Origin: the human T2T-CHM13v2.0 reference genome, Homo sapiens
DNA: 64,000 nucleotides
Assembly (NCBI RefSeq): GCF_009914755.1
Contig: NC_060940.1
Reading direction: 5' to 3' (one strand)
Shown here: positions 28,316 through 42,655 of the stretch, in pieces
Layout of the letters: every line of letters starts with the position of its first letter
Numbering within the stretch: the stretch's first letter is position 1
Program-made: the position numbers and the translations under genes
Notes under the pieces: generated by a model
Seen by the model: only the letters and a program-made list of their open reading frames with translations
What the model was told of the DNA's origin: nothing
The model's database searches: none

Positions 28316-28766
28316 TCACCATCATCACCCTCACCACCATCACCATCATCATCACCATCATCATCACCCTCACCACCATCATCACCACCATCCTCACCAC
28401 CATCATCATCATAATCATCACCATCACGATCATTATCATCACCATCATCATCACCCTCACCACCATCACCATCATCACCACCATCCTCACCACCATCATC
28501 ATCATAATCATCACCATCACGATCATTATCACCACCATCATCATCACCATCATCATCATCACCATCATCACCCTCACCACCATCACCATCATCATCACCA
28601 CCATCATCATCTTCACCATTATCATTACCATCACTATCATCATCATCACCACCGCCACCATTATTATAACAATCATCACCACCACCACCATCATCACCAT
28701 TACCATCATTATTATCTTCATCATCATCACCACCGCCCTTGCCACCATTGTCATCATTACTGTCAC
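27674..28766. repeat. ~1.1-kb degenerate (CAT/CAC)n trinucleotide repeat
   Basis: Nearly continuous atc/acc/att triplets; source of the poly-I/T, M/V and D/G ORFs in the track. Confidence 0.98.
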
Positions 28767-28989
28767 TAAGTTGCATTTCAACATTGCCTGTGCAGTGCAC
28801 ATGCAGATTACTGGGGACAGAGAACTCTGCAAGTCATGCTTCTTTTACTTTAATTGCTGACAGCTTGGTAATGGAGGCAGGTGAGTGAAAAATATTTATT
28901 TATTAAAAGTTTTAATTTTGATATAATTGAAGATTCACAGGAAGGTGCAAAGAAATGTACGGGGAGGTGAAAGAGACTTATTTTGTACA

Positions 28990-29180
28990 AGAATTTTCAT
29001 ATCCACTTTCTCATTCTTTTTTAACCACCTTCATGTGAGGTAGGCATTACCATTTTCTCCACTTACATACACACTAACACAGGGACACTCAGAGAGGGTT
29101 AGGTGGCTTTTCTTAAGGCACATGGCTAGTCGGTTTCAGAATTAGTCCTGCAATTGAGAGTCCAGCACTCCCAGCCCTCT
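28990..29180 (-). mobile_element. MIR
   Basis: gtgaggtaggcattacc...ctcagagagggttaggtggcttttcttaaggcacatggctagt. Confidence 0.65.
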
Positions 29181-29468
29181 GGTTCATTCTGACCTCCTGC
29201 TGTAGCATCTGGCACCAGGGATTGGGAACAAAGACTTCTGCCAAGTGACCCCTGGTTGGCAGGTCCAGTCAGTGACTTTGCTGTCCTCTCCATCATTCTC
29301 ATGGGGGAACCATGCTGGCTTCTCTCTCTAAGCCCTGTCAGGATCTATTTCTTTTTTCAGGTTGATTTTTATCCTTCCTGAAATTACAGGAATAACTGTT
29401 GGTTAGAACTGTGACTTCTGTTGTCTGTGTAAACCAGTGAATCTCAATCTGGGCTAAGCACTGAAATC

Positions 29469-29472
<4 letters not shown>

Positions 29473-29510
<38 letters not shown>
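29473..29510. repeat. (TG)19 microsatellite within a MER5-like relic
   Basis: 38 nt of perfect TG. Confidence 0.95.
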
Positions 29511-29511
<1 letters not shown>

Positions 29512-30839
29512 CAGGGGGAGCAGCTTTAAAGGTGCTGGCAGCAGTGTGGCAACCCCAAATGGTATTTCAGAAACCTTCCCAAATGATTCTAGTGTAACAG
29601 ATTTTGGGAACCAGTGGTTTTGACATCATTAAGGGAAGGCTTGACATCAAGTGCCCAGATTATTCAGAAAAACCACTTGGCATGAAGGAACAAAAAAGTG
29701 GGTTCAGGGCTGAAAGAAACAGCCCAACTGTTTGGTATTACACAAGCCCTGTACCCTCATCTCTTTGTCCACGCTCTTGGGAGAAAGATTGAGCACACAA
29801 TCTTTGCCCTATATCATATCATTTAATCATTTCAACAACTCCAGGAGGTTGGCTAGAGTCTCTCCATTAGACAGATAAGAAACTGAGGCTGGGGTGTGGG
29901 ACTTCATGAGTAGCACACAGGAAGAGGCTGAGTCAAAAATTGAGGTCAATTTCTTCTAGAACCCTTGCTGTCCTTCACACCATCTTCTACGCTGCCCATA
30001 CTAGAGTTTCACAAATGTTAAAACACATTTCAGTGCCGTGTAAAGGAAGTGCATGCCTTTAGGAATATCCATAGAGGAAGAGGGTGGCTTACATTTTTCC
30101 ATGATGAAGAACATGCCTTGTACCTAGTGGTCTTTGTAATCAGCATAGTTTATCATTTCTCATCTAACAAATAGTGATTGCCATTAACTGCCAGGCTGTG
30201 ATATGCCTTAGGAATATGTCAATGAACCAGACCCAGGTCCTGACCTTCAAGGGCTCATATTCTGGTGGGAAAAACTAGAGAAGCAAATTGACATGCGCCA
30301 GCCATCTAAGGCAATTTGGACATTTATGGTTACTCAAAATCTTTTAAACACTCTTCAGTTTCTGATAGGTTCACGTACTTCAAATCCTACCTTCCCAACA
30401 TAAAACAGGAAGAAAGCCCTGCTTGTCTCTGTGTGCTAGCCATCTGGAGTCAACCACCGAGACATGCAGGGGCGAAACCTGGATTTCTCAGGGAGGCAGG
30501 TGAGCAAAGGAGAGGGCATGGTGTGCTGGCTTTGCTGCTGTGGACCATGGAGGTGGTTCTGGAGCCAACAGCTGTGGCAGCCCCTTTCTGTGTGATTTGA
30601 AGGCTTCTGATCCTAGAAGAGGCAGCAGTTTCCTTGGTGCTCATTTCTGCAGTATAGTGCAGGGAGTCGCCCCTGGAAGCTCAGCCTCAAATCTGTTTTG
30701 TAAGTTTTGCAAATATTCTATAAGTGTGCATCCCTTAATATAAACACTTTCTGTGTAAATGAAGGAGAGTTTGAAGTAAAACTAAGGCCGATAAGAATGA
30801 TAAGATATATGAGGAGCTAATAGTAATTTTAATATTTTC

Positions 30840-31075
30840 TGATTACTTGGCCTCCACTTGGATTGTCGTAAGCACTTCACATGTACACAGTATTAACTCA
30901 TTTACTTTTCCCTTTCAGTTAAGAACTATTGTTTTCCCTTATTTACAGATGGATGAGGTAACAGAGGTTTAAAGAGCTTAGTCATTTGCCCAAGTTCACG
31001 TAGCTAGTAAGTGGCAGGCTGGAGTCTGGATTCAGACTCACTGGCTTTGGAGCAATGCCTTTAACCACTGTACTC
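30840..31075 (-). mobile_element. MIR
   Basis: tttacagatgg...gtcatttgcccaagttcacgtagctagtaagtggc...ggattcagactca...tttaaccactgtac. Confidence 0.8.
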
Positions 31076-31149
31076 CGCACCTCCCATTGTTTGAAGCAGC
31101 CTTCTATGGCATGAGGGCTCCTTGCCCCTAAGCTTAGGAGCCAAAGAAG

Positions 31150-31261
31150 TAGAGCAACAAACTCATCCCAGTTTGCCGGGGACTTTCCCAAGTTATTATT
31201 GAAAGCCTGGGTCCCAGGAAACCCTTTTGTCCTGGGTAAGCTGGGATGGTTACTCACCCTA
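31150..31261. mobile_element. MER81-like hAT-Blackjack MITE
   Basis: ~112 bp with inverted ends (tagagcaacaaactcatcccagtttgcc / ggtaagctgggatggttactcacccta) and internal gggactttccc. Confidence 0.75.
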
Positions 31262-31630
31262 TGGAGAATTACTCCATAGTCACACTATGGAGAAGGGTTT
31301 CTAACCCAATCCTAAAGGATTAGTAGAAGCCACTTGTACATTTATTTGCTCCAGGAGGAGCTGAGCAGGGACTGGAGCTTCTTCCTCTTTTTATCCCCAG
31401 CACATGACCAGGGCATGTTCTCTGCCAGGTGCTCAATGTATAGTTGTTGAGTGAGGAGATGAAGCAAAACTTGTATTGAACATCGCTACACCCAAGATGT
31501 GAAAAACAATGTAGTTTATTCTTACTGAATGATGACCAGATGCCAGGAACCCAAATGAATATGGAGGATACATCTGTGAATGACACACAGGCCTTTGCCC
31601 ACATAGGGCTTTCAGTAGGGAAGACAGTCA

Positions 31631-31952
31631 ATAATGGGATGATGATGGTGATGATGAGGATGCTGATGCCGAAGATGATGATGATGATGATGGTGATGAG
31701 GATAGGGATGATAATGACGGTGATGAGATGATGGTAATGGTGATGCTGCCAAAGGTGATGATGGTGATGATAATGATAATAGTGATGATGATGATAGGTG
31801 ATGATGAAGCTGATGATGATGATAGAGGATGATAATGGTGGTGATAATAATGGTGATGGTGGTGATGATAATGATGATGATGATGGTGGTGGTGATGATA
31901 GTGATGGTGATGAGAGGGTGGTGATGGTGATGGTGGTGATGACGATGGTCAT
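31631..31952. repeat. Degenerate (GAT/GGT)n trinucleotide repeat next to a MIR 3' end
   Basis: Read directly; a MIR-like segment follows at ~31950-32030. Confidence 0.95.
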
Positions 31953-32449
31953 GTGTCAAGCTCTGTGCTGAGGTCTTTATATGCATGTTCTCTTTAATTT
32001 TCAAGCAAACCTAGAGGGTGAGTACTATTGTGTCTACTTTACTAGTGGTGTTCTACTGATAGTTTCTCCAGGTGGAAAAGCCAGTCCTTGGCAAAGTATC
32101 ATACCAGGTAGGTGCACCTATCTTTAAAGTTCTTAGCCACTTTTCGGTATCATCTAACCGGGCATGAAAGTATTAGGAATACACGGCCAGTGCTTGCGGG
32201 CTCACCTCATAAAGTGAAAGAGACAGGCAAGGAAACACCCTCTTAGCAAACAGCATCCTACACAGAAGTCCTTGGTCTGAATGGCACATCACAACCATCT
32301 AGGGAACTTAGCAAAATGTGATACGTGGACCCGGCCCGCAGAGATTCTGATGTATTTGGCTTGAGGTTGGTGCACACTTACCTGGTGATCTTAGTGCACA
32401 GTTATGGGTGGGAGCCATTAATCTTATAGAATCCAGCAGTGGTCTAGTA

Positions 32450-32612
32450 CAGTGGTCCTCAAATGAGGGCAGTTGGCAATGTCTAAAGACAGTTTTGGTT
32501 GTCATGACTGACAGAGGGATGACACTGTCACCCTACAAAGCACAGGACACTCCTCACAGCAGAAACTTATCTGATTCAAAATGTTAACAGTGCTGAGGTT
32601 TGAGAAACCTTG
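32450..32612. mobile_element. MER20 DNA transposon, internally deleted; MER5-like relic at ~32270-32430
   Basis: cagtggtcctcaa...ttggcaatgtctaaagacagttttggttgtca...aaaatgttaacagtgctgaggtttgagaaacc. Confidence 0.8.
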
Positions 32613-32794
32613 TATGATCCCTCTTTGTGAGGTCTTGACTCTGAAGAATGGAGTAATGGTATAAGTCATGTTTCTATTATGTTCTCATCTCCCTGTGAGA
32701 AGTTCACAGAGCTCTGGGATTTTGAAGCTAAAGGGCATAGAATACCTCTTAAGCAGGGCTGCCTTTTATGACCTTCTAGACTAGTGAACCAAAA

Positions 32795-33375
<581 letters not shown>

Positions 33376-34756
33376 GCTTCTGTCTCCCTTGGATTGCCTT
33401 TCATGCGCTGTTATAGAATTCTGCAGCTCTTTATGGACTTGTCACAGTGGCAATAAGGTAATTATTTGCTCATGAATATGTTTTGCATCTGTCTCTCCCC
33501 GCTACTCATAAGCTCTGTGGAGGCAGAGGTTTATTCTATTTGCTGCTCCCATTTTTTTCTACAGCGTCTAGCCTAGTGTCTGTCACACAGTGGGTGCCCC
33601 AAAACTACTTGCTAAAGGATGAATTTTTCCCTTACTGCTGACTCTCTTGCTGGAGTGAAAGTCCCCAGCTCATTACAACCAAGTGCTTGGAGCATAATAG
33701 ACAATAAAAGCTTGTGGAACGGACGTGAAATCTTGTGAAGGTGCCCTCTTCCTCTCCACGTTTCCTTCCTGCTTCTGAAGGCTCCTTCCGTGCAGGGGCG
33801 CCCCCACCCCTTTACTCACTCAGCTCTGGAGAGGAGGGGGTGGGAGGGCTGATCTGATTCATAAACAACAGTAGAATTAATGGGATATTGCGACCCAGCC
33901 TGGCTCTTCTTCCCCCTGGCAGTGGTGAAATTTTATGTTGTTCCTTTGTGCACTGGCTTTTAGAAGGGGCTGCCCACATCCACCCTAATGAAGTGTGGGG
34001 GCTTCAGTGGCCCCAGGCTGCTGTAGCTGCACGGGTGAGTCTGTTGCTCACTGTCAATCTAAGCCACCGGCTCCCAGCTGAGCTTTCATAGCAAAAGTTT
34101 TGGCTTCTCTTTGCCCAAGTCTGTCATTCCTCAAGCGGTTCAGAATTCAGGCAACCTCCTGGTTTTACTGGAGAGAACCTCACTGAAGGGCAGCGGGGGG
34201 AAATGAACTTCCCCAAGATACAAAATCTTACAGTCAGGGCCGACGGGGGGTTCCCAGTGCCCAGTCTGGGGTGCAGCGGGTTTCAGCTTACCTCATATGA
34301 AAGTACTAATTGGATGGGAATTCTCAACTCTGGAGGACCACCCTGAAGAATAAAAGAGCAGGGCAGTATTTACACCACCATGGACAAGACCCAGGGGCTT
34401 GGTTTTTTATCTCCACAACTTCCCGGAGGGACAGGGAAAACTTTCAAACTGCAGATTCAAACTCCGGATTTATAGGATTTCCAGAGAGTTGTGTCCCCTT
34501 CCCCTTTGGTGAGAAGGATGCCCTCGGGGAGCTGGAGTTGTGATGAAGGGGGTTGGGGAATGGGATAGGAACAAGGAGGGGAGGTGGCCACCGCGGACTG
34601 GGAGAAACAGCAAAAGTCCTTCGAGCTCCATTAAGAGCAAGTGGCTGTCTTTCCCGGCAACAGAAATTCTCCATGGGGCTCCTCATTTATGTCACAGAGC
34701 TGAGCTTGAAGTCAGGCCAGAGATGCTGTGCTCTGCATGGGTACATGATTATGATG

Positions 34757-34809
34757 TGGTGTGTCTGTGTGTGTGTGTGTGTGTGTCTGTGTCTGCGTGT
34801 CTGTGTGTG
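34757..34809. repeat. Interrupted (TG)n
   Basis: Read directly from the sequence. Confidence 0.9.
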
Positions 34810-36169
34810 GCAAAACTAGGGGGCAGAAAGAGGCTTTTGGGGGGATTTAGAACCTCTACCTTTGACTCAGTCTATCCTCAAATGGAGGGAGATCCCTGCC
34901 AGCCTCCCGGCACCCTCCCCTCCTCTCCATTTTAAAGCTATCCTCTGAGTTCTTGAATCAGTGTCTCTGAGTGCTTCCCAAGCCTTTGTTTTCATTAGCA
35001 AAGCAATATGTAATAATAGTTGTTAAAATAATTGTATTTCTGTTTTTACATCTGTAAAGATTAAGTTAAACAGTATGAAGCCCATTAAACTATTTCATGA
35101 CACGCTGCTGTAAATTGCCCTTCATTCCCACTGCTACTATTATTCCAGAGTAAACTTCAGAGATCGGGCGGTTGCCATGAAGGGTTATTTATAGCGGCTC
35201 ATTCATCAATAAAAAACTTCAAAAGGAATCTGTTATTCTTCTACTGAGAAGCCAAAGAAAACTCACATAAAGAGAACCCCGTTAAGAAACAAAGTGGAGG
35301 CAACCGCAAGACATTTAGTTAAGTAAAATCCTGATTTCTAACAAATACCATGTTGCAAAAAGAGATTGCCAGCAAACGTGAATCCATTTAAACAACTCGG
35401 TTCCCATTGGAGAGTTAAAAGAAGCTGTTAAGCAGTTGTATTTACCTTGGCTTCAAAGGGCCCGGGACCCCTCTTTGGGTTTAAACATGTAATAGGTTTG
35501 TGATCTTGATGTAGCAAAGCGATTCTTTTCATCTTCGGCGAGCCCAGGGGATGGACTCATCCTAGTGCTCATGGTCTGAACCTGCCGTGTTCTTGGCTTT
35601 TCGTGGGAGGCTGCATTGCGGATTGAGGGAGAGTGTCCAACCGTGGGAATGGAAGGGACTGGGTACTTGCTGGATTTTTGGTGCCACCCTTTAGAAGCAG
35701 GTATTATTGGCTCTGCTTTGCAGATGAAAAAAACTGAGGTTGAGATGGGCTAAGTGTATCCATCAGGCCGGACAGAAAACATGACCCATCAATGTGGCCC
35801 CAACCTTGGTGACACCTTAGAATGGCAGTGATTCATTTAGTCTCAGATCTTGATGTGTGACTAGCTGCAGCCACCCGCACCTTCACAGACATAAAAACCG
35901 CCAGACCCCTGACACGCCCATGAAGACACACCCAAAGATGTCTTTGGAGATCCCCGGGCAACAGGGACACTGGCATTTCTTTGCATCTCCGTGCCCCAAT
36001 CCTGGACCTGTTCTGGTGCACAGGAAGCTGGTTACGAAGGGATGCAGTGGAGATGGTTTGCAGAAAGAACACCGAGTTTGCCGGACTCCGTGTTATGGAG
36101 ATATTTTGTACTTCTGGGGATGGAGGCTGGAGCATGCCCAGGAGACCACATAGTCATGAGCATTCACAA

Positions 36170-36950
36170 TTACCCAGCAATTAACATGTGCTGGGAACCC
36201 TGCCCAGTGAGAGCTGACAGATCTTCTGTCATTTATTTTTCCCAAGCCTGTGAGGTAAGCGCTAACAGTAGGCCCATTCTACAGATGAGGGAACTGAGGC
36301 TCAGTGAAGTCAACGGCTCAAGGGTGCATGGCTGGGAGGACACAGAAACAGGGCTCTTGCCTGTGTGCCAGGTGGGGACTCGCCCCTCCTCTCGCCCCTG
36401 TGCCTGTGGTCAGCTAAGAGGAGCCCAAGGCTCTGGAGTGGGACAGGGGATAGCGTTTGGCTGTGTTGTTTGCTCACTGCTCTGAGAACCAGCAGAAGGG
36501 CTGAGCTGAAAACTTCACTCCTCCTTGCCAAGCTGTGTGCCTTGAAGAAGATATGCCTTTGGGGTTCGAAGTGGCCCTGGAGCCAGCCCTATCTGGCAGT
36601 CCTGCTTTGCTACTTGCTAGTAAGTTATTCAGTCTCTTGGAGTCTCAGATTTCTCATCCCTTAAATGAGCTAATAACACCGAGGTGGTGGTGAGGGTTAA
36701 ACGGGATAAGGTCATGTATCTGCAGTGCCTGGCACATCATTGGAAAAACAGCAAGCACCGATTGAGCGCTCAGAGCCTGACACGTACAAACTCCTGCAAT
36801 TCTTCCTGCAAGCCTCTGGCGGGAACTGCTACCAACCTAATTTTACAGGTGGGGCATCTGGGCCACAGAGAGGTGGAGTAGTTTGCCCAACCTCACGCAG
36901 CTCTAAGTGGTAGAGCTGGCAGGCAGACCCAGGCAGTTTGGCACCAGAGT
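36170..36950. mobile_element. Three MIR fragments in alternating orientation (- ~36170-36330, + ~36600-36770, - ~36770-36950)
   Basis: cccattctacagatgagggaactgaggctcag; gtctcagatttctcatcccttaaatg; ttttacaggtgggg...gtttgcccaacctcacgcagct. Confidence 0.7.
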
Positions 36951-38280
36951 CCATTTTCAAGGCACCATTCTCATCTGTCTCAGTGGCAGGTCCTCAGCAA
37001 TAGGGTTAGAAGGCTGCTGCCATTCAGATAGCACAGACAAGACAGAGGTGAGAGTTGGCATTGGATTCTGTAAAAGCGTTGGCCACTGGTGCATTTTTTT
37101 GTACAACCCCAGGGGTACCATCCACAGCGATTCTCGGAGTCATGCTCGGAGTTGTGTAGCATGTGCTCTTGAGATCCAGCCTATGTGTGGCCTGGGAAAT
37201 GGGAGTCATGAATCCAGTCACTGGCATGGCTGTCATTCATCTGGCTGGGTGACTCCCAGCAGGTCCCCATGTTCTCTGGGCTTTATTTCCTCACTTACTC
37301 AATGGGAGTTGGCTTCAGTGATGGCCAAAAGCCGTTTGGTCACTACATGCTGTGGATCTCTGCCATTTGGACTTAGAGACAGTACCACTGAAACATGCCT
37401 GACCACACACCTCTTCAAGAGTCCAAACTTTGATTCTAAAAGGGCACATGCTTTGCTTTCTTCAGAGGCTGAGTCGGGGCCTCATCTCCGGTGCGCAGAG
37501 CATGAAGATGTTACTTTCTTTTGGTGGAAGCCATTTTGGTTTCCCATACACGGCGACCGGAAGAATTCTGGAGGGAGTCTCTAATTGCAGGTGGAGGCCA
37601 GAGCTACGTGGAAATGCTGCCTTTTGGGATTTCCTGTAATGCAGTTACGTGCCTCCAAGAAGAACAACGGTGGCTGCAAAGACCAGAACGACTTCACGGC
37701 ACCGTCAGCTGTAGTTTTCAGTTCCTGGCTTTTGGCATGTTGGAGAGAGACCTGTGCTTATTGGATGGAGTGAGAAACTAATACCCATCCAGGCCTGCTG
37801 TTCCAAACTTTTTCAGTTGGGTCTTTTCCTTAGCCCTGCGATTAGCACGGGATGAATTCATCTGCTTTTTGGACTCACTGACCATCTCAGACTGTTTTTA
37901 ACATGCTTGGGGTTTGATAAAACTGGAAAGATATTTGCCAAGCCCCTTTCCTCTTCATTTTTAAACCCATGTGGATTTTAGGGGGAATTTAATCCATATG
38001 TTTCTGATCCATGTGCTCTTAACTCATCAGAACCTTATTTCAAAAGCTATTTGGTGTCCAACGAGTTTTTGGAGTTGGGTTTTAAATCTTTTAAAGTCTT
38101 CCCTTCCCGGCTTTGAAACGAGATGTTGCCTTTTGCCAAGCATAAATGAGCTCCCAAGTCGAAAACAGGTTCATGTTTGGTTCACAATTAGAGAAATGTG
38201 AATTCTCAGTGGGCTGTGATATGGGCGAGACCTGCTCTGTTTTGAAGACCTGTCAGGGCACGCCCCCAAATCAGGACCAC

Positions 38281-38400
38281 AGCCTTTGGGGCAAGGAGCC
38301 ATCTCATTGGCTGGGTGAACAGCATTTGGGGCCAGGAGCCATCTCATTGGCTGGGTGAAAAGCCTTCCAGCCAGGAGCCATCTCATTGGCTGGGTGAGAC
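38281..38400. repeat. Minisatellite, 3 copies of ~40 bp
   Basis: Core aggagccatctcattggctgggtga present three times. Confidence 0.95.
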
Positions 38401-38489
38401 AGGACTTAGGGAGTTCCTTTACATGGAACCAATTTGACTCTGTCCAGAGAACTGGAGCCTGGAAAACATTTTTGAGGACTAGACTCCCC

Positions 38490-38570
38490 ACTCCCAAACC
38501 TGAAGAACTTGGAGTCTGATGTTCGAGGGCAGGAAGCATCCAGCACAGGAGAAAGATGGAGGCTGGGAGG
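38490..38570 (-). mobile_element. MLT2A (ERVL LTR) fragment
   Basis: ctgaagaacttggagtctgatgttcgagggcaggaagcatccagcacaggagaaagatg; strand uncertain. Confidence 0.7.
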
Positions 38571-39473
38571 AGGTTGCTTTTAATCCGTGGTTCCTCTCCT
38601 CTCCTTCCCTCCTCTTCCTTCCCATCCCTCTCCTTCCTCTGTTTTATTTTCTTCTTCTCCACACGGCTCCCCAACCTCGCTCTCTCTCTCATTGCAATTT
38701 ATTTATTAAGGAAACAAGCCATTTATCATGTGGCGTAGCCCATACTTTGAATTTTTCTGACTGCATTCTTGCATTTAACAAGTTCTTGCCCTACAAAATA
38801 TGAATTCTTAAGGCTTATGTAGCAAAAATATTTCATACAATCAAGTCTATTAGAACAATTTATTTTAAATTTTGATAGGCTTAATATCTCCCTTTTTCCT
38901 ACCTTAGAATACATCCTCTCAGCCCTGAACATAACTCCATTCTCTGTGCATACCTGATACCCACATGCATTTTCTGTCTTGATCCACGGTTACAAGGAAC
39001 AGATGTTGCAGGGCGGGGAGCCGGTTTCATCGTGACCAAGCCACGGCAGGAAGGAGGGGCAAGAACAGCCAGGGAGGGAGATGCTTTTCCAGGGACGCCC
39101 TCGCCCCTGGTCAGAGGGGAACCCCAATCATCTTTCCTTCTTATCCAGCTCCCTCCTGTGAGTCAGAAGCCAAAAACTCTTTTCTTCACTCACGCGATGC
39201 ACTGGTTACTAGGGTATGAACCAGGGGAGCCCATTTACAGGTGAGAGGAAAGCTGCCTTGCTGCTCCCTGCCTCCACCTGCTTTTGAGAAATGTAAGCTG
39301 TGGCCAGACTGACTTTCATTCAGCTCCTCACACTTCTGGCCCTGCCCTAACCTCGAACATTTTGCACAGCTCGCCCCTTTGCCCAGAACACCCGCTGCCA
39401 TCACTGCCACCCATCTGTTCTCACACATTCGTCACTCATGTAGGACTTTTCCCAAACTTTCCCATGTGGTCAT

Positions 39474-40283
<810 letters not shown>

Positions 40284-41170
40284 TAAATAGTATTAAAATT
40301 TTGGTTTATAAAAATAGTTTTTAAAAAAGAAAAGTAAAAAAGGAAGAAAGAAAGAAAAAAGGAATAAAAGAACCAGATACAACTATTAGGTCCAGAAAAA
40401 GAAAAAGAAATTATACAAAAAGGAAATAAATGATAGTACACTACTTGTCTCAGATTGAATAGTATTTTTATGGTCATAAGAAGGAAAATACTGAATGCCA
40501 ATTTTATGGAAAATTACAATATAATTCTATTAGGAGAGTGTGGGGAAGAGAGGTGGATACATGAACTAAAATCCTCATTTCCTTTAATAAAAGTCAGTAG
40601 TTAAGTCCTGAAACTGATGAATCAAGAAACAGTAATACACACATATTAGAAGAGAGAGCTAAGAGAATTAAAGTGGTTGTCTTGAGAGCAATGTATGATG
40701 GAAGTAGGGGATGTAGCAACAGGGATCCTCTTTTTTTTTTTTTTTTGTTAATGTTTGACTTGTTTGCTGTGGTGTTTTCTCCTGTGCTGGGACACGAGTA
40801 CCCCTTTCATTCTGGAGATGCATGTTCTTGGATTATAGGAACTTTTCTTGTCTTCTTTGACTATTTTTTTATAGTTCTCTTGTTCTGTCTTTCTGGAATG
40901 CCTAGTAGTAGAATATTGGACCTCAAGGACTGATTCTCTAAATTTTGAATTTTCTCTCCCATTATCCTTCTGATTACTAGCCCCAAATCCCTCCACTTAC
41001 TTTCTGGGAGCATTTTCTCTCCTTTATTTTTCAACACTTATTGAATTTTTAATTTATGCTGTCATACTTGTTTCTTAAAATCTATTTTCATTCTAAGTGA
41101 GCCTTAAAAGTAGCATTCTATTCTTGCTGTCTTTGTTTGATAGATACTATAGCTTCTCTTTTTTCTAAGG

Positions 41171-41490
41171 CAAGGGTTGGCAAACCTTTTGTGAAGGTCT
41201 GGATAGTAAATATTTTCATCTCTGTGCGCCGTATGGTCTCTGTTGCATTGACTCCCATCTGCCACTGCAGTGTAAAAGCAGCCCAGGGCCACACGTAAGT
41301 GAATGGCTGTGGCTATGTGCCAATAAAACTTTATTTATCAATCCTGAAATACGAATTTCCGTATAATTTTCATGTGTCACAAAATGTTATTCTTCATCTG
41401 ATTTTTCCCAATCATTTAACAAACTAAAAACGGTTCTTAGCTCAGAGGCCCAGCTAGATTTGGCCTGTGGGCCATAGTTTATCCAAATTT
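41171..41490. mobile_element. MER58B-like hAT-Charlie element amid old L1-like fragments (~40280-41600)
   Basis: caagggttggcaaac...gatagtaaatatttt...gtgccaataaaactttattta...gatttggcctgtgggccatagttt. Confidence 0.85.
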
Positions 41491-42323
41491 GCTCTAAGGT
41501 TAATAGATTAATAGTATCTCTAACTGTATTTTTCCCCCAGTGCTCTGGATTTTCTCATGTTTGTGAGGATGTTTTTTAAATGTTTGCTTGTGTTCTCTGA
41601 CTTTCACATTGCAGACCCCTGAATTGACAGCCATGTTTTGAAGCCAGGCACACAGAGTCATATGGAAGGTTTATGAGCACAGAGGAGGTGTGTACATGGG
41701 TGGGCTTCCCTCTAGGGGATGGAGGGTTCTGCAGTCCTCCAAAGGTTCTCTCTCTGTACATTCTGTTTCTCCTGGCATGGATCTTGCTGCCTCCTGTCTG
41801 GGAACACGAGCCTGGTGACTGGCACGCTGGGGCTGAGCAGGGCAGGAGGTGGTGGGATCTTACATTTTAGGATGCTGACTTTTGCAGTCCAGCATTGCTG
41901 CAGATCTCTGAGGACCCTGTGCTGGGCTCTTCAGTTTAATATATCCAGAGAAAATAGTGATGACCCCTGAAAAGGAATGGGGTGGACAGATATCCTGTCT
42001 GCATGATGTGGGACTGAGGTCTGGTTCAGGGACCTGTATAGTCTAATAGCCCCCATGCTGCCTCTTTGTTCAGCCCTGTCTCAGTTCACCTTCCAACTCC
42101 CAAGCGTTCCCAGGGGTCTGCAGGAGTATAGTGAACCAATAGGCTTGTGGGGATACCCTCCTAAACACATAGTTTTGGAGGTCTCTTCCAGCTGCTTCCC
42201 AGCTTCATGTACAATATCTTAGAGCCATTCAGGGTCACAGATGGTCGTCTCATTTCATGGAAAGGAGACTTTGGGTTTGCATTTTTCTATTTTTTTTCCT
42301 TGCAGGGGGAGATTTTTTTTTAA

Positions 42324-42655
<332 letters not shown>

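Noticed and set aside
27592-28860. 383-422 aa ORFs rich in I/T, M/V or D/G
   Set aside because: Translations of a trinucleotide repeat with no promoter, splice or domain support
36907-37584. 225-aa ORF
   Set aside because: GTG start inside a MIR fragment, no recognisable homology or coding-like composition; PhyloCSF or Ribo-seq signal would be needed to reconsider
38281-38400. Repeat-spacer appearance suggestive of a CRISPR array
   Set aside because: Eukaryotic DNA, only 3 units, linkers are homologous to each other, and no cas genes
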